A DNA stretch of 46,120 nucleotides from an uncultured Dehalococcoidales bacterium (GTDB lineage: Bacteria > Chloroflexota > UBA6077 > FW602-bin22 > JAMCYS01). A program made the translations under genes and the position numbers. Each line of letters opens with the position of its first letter. The first letter of the stretch is position 1. The notes beneath the pieces are model-generated. The model worked only from the letters and a program-made list of their open reading frames with translations, searched no databases and was not told the origin of the DNA. Below, piece by piece: positions 35,022-41,443 of this stretch. Location: positions 1 through 46,120 of the forward strand of contig CAZMKF010000011.1 in the NCBI GenBank assembly GCA_964566935.1, given 5' to 3'.

Positions 35022-35570
35022 TCACCGTTTCTCGGCCAGGTAGGCGAAGAAGCCGGCCCGCTTCAGCGCCACCAGGGTGAGACCGCCCAGCAGGCCGCCG
35101 GCAGCGCCGAAGATCACATAGCCCACTAGCGAACGCGCCAGGCCCAACACCACGAAGCCCGCCGGCGCGCCCATCGCCGAGGCCATGGCCCACTTGACGA
35201 GAAACTTGCCCAGGTGGCCCAGTGTAGCCGCCAGCACGGCCACCGGCAGCCGGAAGGGGTTGCCCAGCATCAGCAATAGCGCCAGGTCCGTGCCCACGCC
35301 CACCGCCAGATACGACAGCAGCGTGTTCAGCATGCCGAAATCCCCCAGGCCGAGGAAAGCCGCCAGGATGCCCGAACTCAACCCCACCAGGCTCGCCGCA
35401 CCCGGTTTGGGCACCACGCCCGCCGCCACGATGATGATTGCCATCCAGAAGATACCCGAGTGGCCGGGCAACTGCAGCGGCAAGCGCAGCGCCACCTTGG
35501 CCACCACGATCAGCACCGCGAACATGGCCAGCAGAATCAGTTGGAAGGTACTGAAGTAGTGTTGTTTCAA
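35022..35570 (-). CDS. Six-TM membrane protein, ECF transporter S-component-like
   Basis: About 183 aa with six hydrophobic segments and no soluble domain. It is the last gene of an operon containing EcfA-A'-T. A TTG start overlaps the upstream TGA (TTGA at 35567-35570); the track starts at 35609. Confidence 0.5.
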   Translation of the reverse strand: MKQHYFSTFQLILLAMFAVLIVVAKVALRLPLQLPGHSGIFWMAIIIVAAGVVPKPGAASLVGLSSGILAAFLGLGDFGMLNTLLSYLAVGVGTDLALLLMLGNPFRLPVAVLAATLGHLGKFLVKWAMASAMGAPAGFVVLGLARSLVGYVIFGAAGGLLGGLTLVALKRAGFFAYLAEKR

Positions 35571-36052
35571 CGGGTCAACACCTCTATTCTGTCCACATCC
35601 CGCACCCATTCGTCGCGCGTATCCAGCTCTGGCAAAGGAGAGGCCAGGCGCAGCGTGCCGCGATTAGTCGTCGTGAGCAACACCAGGTTGGCCGGTTCGC
35701 GCACCCTCGCCCATAACAGGCGCGCCTCTTCCCCTCGCGCGGCGCTGCTAACCACTATCGTTGCATCGGCCGGTACCTCGTCCATCGGCAGGCTGAGCTG
35801 GATCACCTCGGCCAACAGCCAACCCACTTGCGCCTTGCCTTGCTCCTGATCCACGAACTCATGTTTGTCAAGGGCTGTAAGCTTCGCAGGCGACAAACAG
35901 GTGCGTTGCTCACCGTCCAACACGATCGGAATGGAGCCCTCTTCTGAATGAGCGGGGGAGGACCGGCCGAACTCGACAAACGCTACCGCAAAACCGATGA
36001 TGACGATGATGAGGACGGCAAGCCACATTCTAATCTGCTCATTTGATCTCAT
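35567..36052 (-). CDS. Membrane-anchored extracytoplasmic beta-domain protein (truncated molybdopterin-oxidoreductase-fold-like)
   Basis: The ATG at 36052 overlaps the upstream TGA (ATGA). It has one N-terminal TM (WLAVLIIVIIGFAVAFV). The domain pattern IVLDGEQRTCLSPAKLTAL...VGWLLAEVI...IVVSSAARGE...LRLASP...WVRDVDRIEV parallels that of 39069-39656. Confidence 0.45.
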   Translation of the reverse strand: MRSNEQIRMWLAVLIIVIIGFAVAFVEFGRSSPAHSEEGSIPIVLDGEQRTCLSPAKLTALDKHEFVDQEQGKAQVGWLLAEVIQLSLPMDEVPADATIVVSSAARGEEARLLWARVREPANLVLLTTTNRGTLRLASPLPELDTRDEWVRDVDRIEVLTR

Positions 36053-38364
36053 CTCACTACCCCAAACCGCCAGGTTAGTACAAGCGCCAGTACCAGGCCT
36101 GCCGACAATAACAGTAGCCAATCCAGCCTGCCCAGGCGCAGCTGGAGACGCGGGCGGCGCTGCGGAGAGTCGAAGCCACGAGCGTAGGCTGCCTCAGTGC
36201 TGGCCCAGGCGAACCTGGCCACCATCACCACCGCCGGCACCGCCAGCGATACCATATCACGAACTCTGGCGCCAAGTTGCCGCCACTCCCATGAGGCCTT
36301 CGGCCAGGCGCCGCGCGAGCGCTGTGCCTCAAAGACGTTACGCCATTGCTCCTCGATCATACCGATGCTCTCGAAGGCCAAGCTGAGGCTGAAGGCGTAG
36401 CGATGAGGCAGACGGAGCCACTCGAGAGCCTGGCGCAATTCCACCGGCGCCGTAGTGTAGAAAAGCAGGGCGAAGACGCTGGCCAGCAATACCACCCGCA
36501 AGGTAACGAGCCAGGCGTGCTCAGGCGAGATAATAAACCAGTCGACAACAAAGAGAAAGCAGAGTACCCACTTCAGCCGCCAGAGCTGAGCCAGCACCTG
36601 CGGAAGTAGTCGCGCCCAGGCAAGCAGGCCGGTGTACATGGCGCCAAACACCAGCAGCGGGTACAGATCCAGCATTACCGCCAGCGAGGAGAAGAGCACA
36701 AGCAGCATCTTGACACGCGGGTCCACCTGCCGGAAAGGCGACTCTTCTACCAGCTGCACCTGCAAAGAACGCCGCCCGCCACCGCGCTGCCTCCTCCTGC
36801 CCGCCTCAGGCGCGCCGGGCTGTTGACCCGCCTGCTCGGCTCCAGCATGTGGCAGCTCGCGCTGCCGCTGCGGCAGTTCCATGGGCTCTGCTTGAAGCGG
36901 CTCGGGCGGCAGTTCCGCCACCACCCAGTCCGGTACCTGCAAACCAATCTTCCGCCAAGGTTGGGGATCGCGCAGCAGCCTGCGTGGGGGACCATCGGCC
37001 ACGATGCCGTCACGGCCCAGCACCAGCAGGCGGTCGGCCGCTGCTGCCAGCGGCAGATCGTGCGTGGTCAGCAACACAATCCGGCCGCTGGCAGCCAGCG
37101 AGCGGCAGATCCGCAGCAACATCTCCTTGTGGGCACCATCCTGCCCCTGCGAGGGCTCGTCCAACAGCAGACCGTGCCTGGGCTGGCGCATCAGCACCGT
37201 TGCCAGGGCAACCCGCTTCTTCTCGCCTTCACTCAAGAGCAGCGGCGGCGTGTCCTCGTAGCTGCTCAGGCCCAGCGCCGCCAGCAGGTTGCGATAGAGC
37301 GCCTCGTCGTGCCCTGGCAGGCGATGCAAGATCTCCTCACGCACGCTGCCGTTGAACAGCTGCAAATCCGCATTCTGGAACACCAGGCCGAAATCGGGCC
37401 GCTCTCCCGCCAGGCTGACGGCGCCATCGTGTCGCTGCAGGCCCGCCAGCGCGCGCAACAGCGTCGTCTTGCCCACCCCGTTGCGCCCCACCACGGCCAC
37501 GAACTGGCCACCGCGCAGGTCAAAGCTGAGATCCTCCAGAATCCGGCGGCCGCCCAGGGCCACGCTCAGCCGCTCAACCTCCAACCGCAGCGGCGCATCG
37601 GCCGGCTTTCGCCATTCGAGCGGCGCTGCGCCGGCGCCACCACCGCTGCGCGAGCCCAGCCGCAACACGCGCAGCGCATCGAACTGGCCAAAGTACTGGT
37701 CGCGATGCTCACAAACGGCCACCACCGTACCGCTGGCAACCAACTGGCGCAGCTGAGTGACCAGATCCATCGCCGCCGTGCTATCCAGCATGGAGAGCGG
37801 TTCGTCCAGGATTAGCACGGGTGGCTGGCGTGCCATCATCGCCGCCAGGGCCAGCTTCTGCTGCTCACCACCGGAGAGGGTGCGCGGCGCCCTGTGGCGC
37901 AGCCGCTCCAAACCAAAATCCGCCAGGTATTGCTGAACCCGCCGTTCTGTCTCGTCCGCTGTCAGGCCCAGATTCTCCAGGCCGATTGCCAGCTCATCAT
38001 CGACGCTGTGCGCCAACATCTGCGAGGCGGGGTTCTGGAAGACGAAACCCGCCTCGCGCGAGAGCCGCCAAAGCGGGTGGTCACTGGTACGCAGTCCGTT
38101 CAGCCAGACCGCGCCCTCCAATTGACCGTGATAGAGATGGGGTATGAGCCCTCCCAGGCAGCGGGCGATGGTGCTCTTGCCGGAGCCCGAGGGGCCCGTC
38201 AGCAGCACCGCCTCGCCACTAGCCAGTTGCAGGTTTAAGCCGCCCGGCAGGCGGCCACCCTGGGGGTAGGTGAAGCCCAGCTCGCGGGCCTCGATCAACC
38301 GCGCAGCGGCCTGCGCGCCAACATCTGACGTATAGCCGGCTAGTCCAGTTTCAGCGGCAGCCAA
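36049..38364 (-). CDS. Fused ECF-type ABC protein: two ATPase domains (EcfA-EcfA') plus a C-terminal CbiQ/EcfT transmembrane domain
   Basis: Domain 1 has GPSGSGKST, LSGGEQQKLALA and ILILDEP. Domain 2 has GRNGVGKTT, LSEGEKKRVALA and LLLDEP. An Arg/Gln/Gly-rich linker follows. The C-terminal ~230 aa are CbiQ-like, with both Ala-Arg-Gly coupling motifs (EAQRSRGA, AAYARGFD). The start may instead be the TTG at 38298. Confidence 0.85.
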   Translation of the reverse strand: MAAAETGLAGYTSDVGAQAAARLIEARELGFTYPQGGRLPGGLNLQLASGEAVLLTGPSGSGKSTIARCLGGLIPHLYHGQLEGAVWLNGLRTSDHPLWRLSREAGFVFQNPASQMLAHSVDDELAIGLENLGLTADETERRVQQYLADFGLERLRHRAPRTLSGGEQQKLALAAMMARQPPVLILDEPLSMLDSTAAMDLVTQLRQLVASGTVVAVCEHRDQYFGQFDALRVLRLGSRSGGGAGAAPLEWRKPADAPLRLEVERLSVALGGRRILEDLSFDLRGGQFVAVVGRNGVGKTTLLRALAGLQRHDGAVSLAGERPDFGLVFQNADLQLFNGSVREEILHRLPGHDEALYRNLLAALGLSSYEDTPPLLLSEGEKKRVALATVLMRQPRHGLLLDEPSQGQDGAHKEMLLRICRSLAASGRIVLLTTHDLPLAAAADRLLVLGRDGIVADGPPRRLLRDPQPWRKIGLQVPDWVVAELPPEPLQAEPMELPQRQRELPHAGAEQAGQQPGAPEAGRRRQRGGGRRSLQVQLVEESPFRQVDPRVKMLLVLFSSLAVMLDLYPLLVFGAMYTGLLAWARLLPQVLAQLWRLKWVLCFLFVVDWFIISPEHAWLVTLRVVLLASVFALLFYTTAPVELRQALEWLRLPHRYAFSLSLAFESIGMIEEQWRNVFEAQRSRGAWPKASWEWRQLGARVRDMVSLAVPAVVMVARFAWASTEAAYARGFDSPQRRPRLQLRLGRLDWLLLLSAGLVLALVLTWRFGVVR

Positions 38365-39026
38365 CAGGCCTCGCCTCGTTCCACAAACAACACGGGGCGG
38401 CCGCCGCGCCGCGCCGGGCGCACCTTCTCCGCCAGCAGCTCGCCCTCGGCCACCTCCGCACCGTCCAGAGTGCGTATCGCGCTTACGCCAGCCCGCCGCA
38501 CCTCCGCCAGCGGCTGCAGGCCGGATAGCTCCCTCAGGTGGCCCAGCAGCACATAGCGGCCATCCTCACCCTCGGCCGCCAGCCCAACCGCCGCCAGCGC
38601 GCCGATCACGCCGCCGTTGGTACCGCCCAGGCCCTGCAGGCTCAGCTGCTCGCGCTTCGCCAGCTCCCAGGCGGCCTGCTGCCCCAGCAGTACGGTCTTG
38701 GCCAGGTGACCAAACTCGGTGACCGCGGCGGGGAAGGTGGCGGCCACACAGAGGCCGGGATCGCTGCCCTCGATGTAGTTGGCCTCCATCTCGGCCCTGG
38801 CCACAGCCGCCACGGCGGCCACCTGCCCAGCGCACGCGTCGGGCAGCAGGATGGAAGCGCTGCTGTTGTGGCTGGTGCAGGGCACCCGCTCGTCCCACAG
38901 CAGCTGGTGACGCACCACTCCCGCTACTTCGTACTCGTTGGCGAGCCGCCCGGCGATCAGTCGCGCCAAGTACCCGGTGCCACGCGTACCCAGCATATCG
39001 GTATCATCGAGACCGACGATGATCAT
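38340..39026 (-). CDS. Stand-alone protein resembling the N-terminal kinase (TCKD / DUF1743-type) domain of archaeal tRNA-agmatidine synthetase TiaS
   Basis: MIIVGLDDTDMLGTRGTGYLA versus the TiaS VGIDDTDS..GMCTTYLA. SDPGLCVA versus TiaS TNPGAVF. GGVIGALAAVGLAAEGED versus TiaS GLIGALAAVGAELED. The comparison is from memory of the A. fulgidus TiaS sequence. The protein is 228 aa with no OB fold or Zn ribbon. Confidence 0.5.
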   Translation of the reverse strand: MIIVGLDDTDMLGTRGTGYLARLIAGRLANEYEVAGVVRHQLLWDERVPCTSHNSSASILLPDACAGQVAAVAAVARAEMEANYIEGSDPGLCVAATFPAAVTEFGHLAKTVLLGQQAAWELAKREQLSLQGLGGTNGGVIGALAAVGLAAEGEDGRYVLLGHLRELSGLQPLAEVRRAGVSAIRTLDGAEVAEGELLAEKVRPARRGGRPVLFVERGEACWLPLKLD

Positions 39027-39068
39027 ACTTCGCCTCCACCATGGCCAGGCACGGTCTGCCTGCCAGGA

Positions 39069-39656
39069 TTACTTCACCTGCAGCTCCACAACCCCCTTGA
39101 CCTGCAGGTTACTGGCGGCATCCGGCAGCACGGTGCTGAAGCCGCCCTTGTTGCGGAACTGCACAATGCAGTTGCTGCAATTCATCACGTCGCTTAACGA
39201 GGTCTCGGCAGTAAAGCCGTCGTCGGCAACAAAGACGATTTTGCTGGCATCGGCAGCCGGCTTGGCGAGGGTCAGCAGGTCTTTGATCAACACGCCCTCG
39301 TAATCGACGGTCTCACCCTGCTTGTTCTTGGACTGCACCTTGATGACGGTCATCTTCTTCACCGCCTCCTCGCTCCAGCCGATGGGCGAACCTACCTTAC
39401 CCGTCACCTTGAGGGCGGAGTCGGCGGGCACGCCGGCGGCTGGGGACGCCGCTGTCTTGCTGGCGGCCGCAGGAGAGGCGGCAGCCTTGGTGGCTGCGGC
39501 GGTAGTTGCGGCAGGAGCCGCGGTTGCAGCTTTGGTGGCGGCAGCGGCAGTAGCCTTGGGCGCCGTGGTCGCGGGCGCAGCCGGAGAGGAGCAGGCCGCA
39601 GTGAGCGCCAGCGCGACGCCCAGGCAACAGGTGGTAAGCACTAACTTAAGAGACAC
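39069..39656 (-). CDS. Lipoprotein with a long Ala/Thr/Pro/Lys linker and a C-terminal beta-domain (truncated molybdopterin-oxidoreductase-fold-like)
   Basis: GTG start with GGAGGA 7 nt upstream and lipobox LTAAC. A linker of about 55 aa of low complexity is followed by LKVTGKVGSPIGWSEEAVKKM...VDYEGVLIKDLL...IVFVADDGFTAE...VLPDAASNLQVKGVVELQV. Confidence 0.65.
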   Translation of the reverse strand: MSLKLVLTTCCLGVALALTAACSSPAAPATTAPKATAAAATKAATAAPAATTAAATKAAASPAAASKTAASPAAGVPADSALKVTGKVGSPIGWSEEAVKKMTVIKVQSKNKQGETVDYEGVLIKDLLTLAKPAADASKIVFVADDGFTAETSLSDVMNCSNCIVQFRNKGGFSTVLPDAASNLQVKGVVELQVK

Positions 39657-39861
39657 AGAAACATCCTCCGTTCAGAACTTCCAGGGAGGCAGCCGCAATC
39701 GGCCGCCACGGGCATGTTAACATAGCGCTCACCATACGGGTAACAACGTCCACGGTTGCCCAGGCGAGGCGTGCCGTGCGTTTGTTCCCGTGCGGTCTTC
39801 ACCTCCCCGTAGGGCGTCTAACCCGCCGGCGCGTGCGGTGCACTGAGGCAGTCACGGCAGC

Positions 39862-40716
39862 CTAGTAGGGTGGGCCGATCGTCTCCATTAGAGCCGCCAG
39901 CTCGCGCTTGTCATGCTCGTCCAGCTCCATGCCCGCCGGCTCGCGCAGGTAGGCATGTTTGAAGATGCCCTGGCGGCGCAGCACCTCTTTGGCCAAGAGG
40001 AACCTGTGCTGCTGGCGGGCGTGGAGCAGCGGCAGAATGTGCAGGTTGGCCCGCCGCGCGCCCTCCAGGTCACCTGCCTGATAACGCTCGAAACAAGTCA
40101 CCATATCGGCGGCGCCCATGCAGGCGGGGATGGCGCCCACCACCCCGCGCGCCAGCTCGTCAAGCAGGAACACACCCGAGCTGAAGATCCGCGCCTTGCC
40201 ATCGCTCAACCACATCAGCTCGCTGATCATGTGGCTCGAGTTCTCCGGCGCCTCCTCCTTGATGTACCTGATATTGTCGAACTCCTGGGTCAGTGCCACC
40301 ATCAGGGCGGCGGGGATGGGCAGAGTGTAGTGCTGCAACATAATCGGAATCCTTATCGCCGCGGCCACCCTGCCGTAATGGTAGCGGATAGCACGGGGCG
40401 TCAGCGGCCCCCAGCTGGGCGGGGAGAGGAAGACGGCGGTGGCGCCCGCCTCCTCGGCCGCCCGGCTCAGTTCCACCGCTGTGCTGGTGTTCTCCGCCGA
40501 GGCACCCACGATCACCGGCACCCGCCCCGCCACCTGTTCGATCACCACCCGCGCCATCCAACAGCGCTCGGCGTTGGTCAGCTTCTGGCTCTCGCTCGCC
40601 GTACCCACCGCCGAGACGCCGTGCACGCCGGCGGCGATCAGATGCTCCACCAGCTTGCGCAGGTCCTCCTCATCGATCCTGCCCTCGGCGTCAAAGGGCG
40701 AATAAACGATCGGCAT
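39862..40716 (-). CDS. Dihydrodipicolinate synthase / N-acetylneuraminate lyase family (class I aldolase) protein
   Basis: PFDAEGRIDEEDLRKLVEHLIAAGVHGVSAVGTASESQKLTNAER, VIVGASAENT, and the Schiff-base lysine context IRYIKEE. The start was moved to the ATG at 40716 (MPIVYSPF). Confidence 0.8.
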   Translation of the reverse strand: MPIVYSPFDAEGRIDEEDLRKLVEHLIAAGVHGVSAVGTASESQKLTNAERCWMARVVIEQVAGRVPVIVGASAENTSTAVELSRAAEEAGATAVFLSPPSWGPLTPRAIRYHYGRVAAAIRIPIMLQHYTLPIPAALMVALTQEFDNIRYIKEEAPENSSHMISELMWLSDGKARIFSSGVFLLDELARGVVGAIPACMGAADMVTCFERYQAGDLEGARRANLHILPLLHARQQHRFLLAKEVLRRQGIFKHAYLREPAGMELDEHDKRELAALMETIGPPY

Positions 40717-40954
40717 TACACCGCGCAGTTCATCTGCCAACACCCACCTCCGCGCCCATCTTTCAGACGATTCTGTTCGTCGGTACCATAGCAGAGATGT
40801 CGACCGCCTGGCGTTGTGTGATGAGTTCTGCAAGCGAAACTTGGTAACGCAGGTGGGCAAGACCGAGTCGAGCGCGCCTTAGTGCCTTTCAGGGGACGGA
40901 GCAGGTGGCGGTAACGAACTGCCAATGGCAGCAGGCCCGTCCGCATCCCAAATA

Positions 40955-40981
40955 GAAAAAGCCCCGGTGTTGACCGGGGCT
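40955..40981 (-). terminator. Rho-independent terminator downstream of tRNA-Arg
   Basis: The minus strand reads AGCCCCGGT-CAAC-ACCGGGGCT followed by TTTTCTATT. This is a 9-bp GC-rich stem beginning 4 nt after the tRNA CCA end. Confidence 0.65.
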
Positions 40982-40985
40982 TTCC

Positions 40986-41061
40986 TGGTACCCCTGGGCC
41001 GACTCGAACGGCCGACACACGGTTTAGGAAACCGTTGCTCTATCCACTGAGCTACAGGGGC
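40986..41061 (-). tRNA. tRNA-Arg (anticodon CCU), 76 nt, CCA encoded
   Basis: Folded by hand. Acceptor stem GCCCCTG/CAGGGGT, including G1-U72. D arm GCTC-AGTGGATA-GAGC. Anticodon arm ACGGT-TTCCTAA-ACCGT. Variable loop GTGTC. T arm GGCCG-TTCGAGT-CGGCC. Discriminator A, then CCA. Confidence 0.9.
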
Positions 41062-41090
41062 TTGCGGCGTCAGCGTACGCCTCGCCGGCA

Positions 41091-41120
41091 ATTATAGTGG
41101 GCGGCCACAGGGGCCGGCAA
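41091..41120 (-). promoter_or_regulatory. Candidate promoter of tRNA-Arg
   Basis: On the minus strand: TTGCCG (41120-41115), 18-nt spacer, perfect TATAAT (41096-41091). It lies 29 nt upstream of the tRNA 5' end. Confidence 0.45.
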
Positions 41121-41320
41121 ATCGGGGCGCCGGTTCAGCAGGCGCGTCACGTGTACCTCCCACCTGCGCATTGCGTACAGCTCCCCAGTGCCATCGTTAA
41201 TCCGTCAGTCACGGTGTCCAGGCCTGCCAATGCGTTGTTTGCAGATACCTCATTGCGGACCACCACAGCGTCACTGTCTCCGTCAACCGCTCGCACTGCC
41301 ACACGCTTCCCAGGACATTT

Positions 41321-41362
41321 TGCCTGAGCAGTTAAACAGGACATTCTCGCTGAGCAGTAACA
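41321..41362 (+). promoter_or_regulatory. Twin-repeat module, copy 2: TGCCTGAGCAGTTAA-N11-TCGCTGAGCAGTAACA
   Basis: 37 of 42 nt identical to 5656-5697. Here the two 26-nt units (CAGGACATTTTGCCTGAGCAGTTAAA / CAGGACATTCTCGCTGAGCAGTAACA) form an obvious tandem repeat. The module ends 17 nt upstream of a TTGACT -35 box. Confidence 0.5.
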
Positions 41363-41379
41363 AATGACGGCGTCGGAGT

Positions 41380-41408
41380 TTGACTTTACGCCTGCTTTGT
41401 CATATCTT
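41380..41408 (+). promoter_or_regulatory. Candidate promoter of the 5'-nucleotidase-family gene
   Basis: TTGACT (41380-41385), 17-nt spacer, TATCTT (41403-41408). A GGAGG RBS lies 9 nt before the ATG at 41444. Confidence 0.4.
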
Positions 41409-41443
41409 CGCGCCAACCCACGTTCATATGGAGGCTTGCGGCC

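Noticed and set aside
36823-37815. Long plus-strand ORFs (330 aa, 168 aa, 134 aa and others) across 36.1-38.3 kb
   Set aside because: They lie antisense to the well-supported fused ABC/EcfT gene in a ~68% GC stretch. The translations are Arg/Ala/Gln/Pro-rich low-complexity sequence with no motifs. These are typical shadow ORFs of GC-rich DNA.
39420-39610. Repetitive GCN-rich nucleotide stretch that looks like a tandem repeat
   Set aside because: It encodes the Ala/Thr/Lys/Pro low-complexity linker of the lipoprotein and is in frame. It is not a CRISPR array or a non-coding tandem repeat.
39657-39861. Known riboswitch upstream of the ECF operon
   Set aside because: I checked by eye for several consensus elements and found none: the cobalamin core (GGGAA..GGTG..CC, GCCACTG), the TPP box (CTGAGA...ACCTGA), FMN, and Moco-like elements. 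The region is kept only as a low-interest unexplained leader.
39913-40791. 292-aa plus-strand ORF
   Set aside because: It is antisense to the DapA-family gene. This is a shadow ORF in GC-rich DNA.
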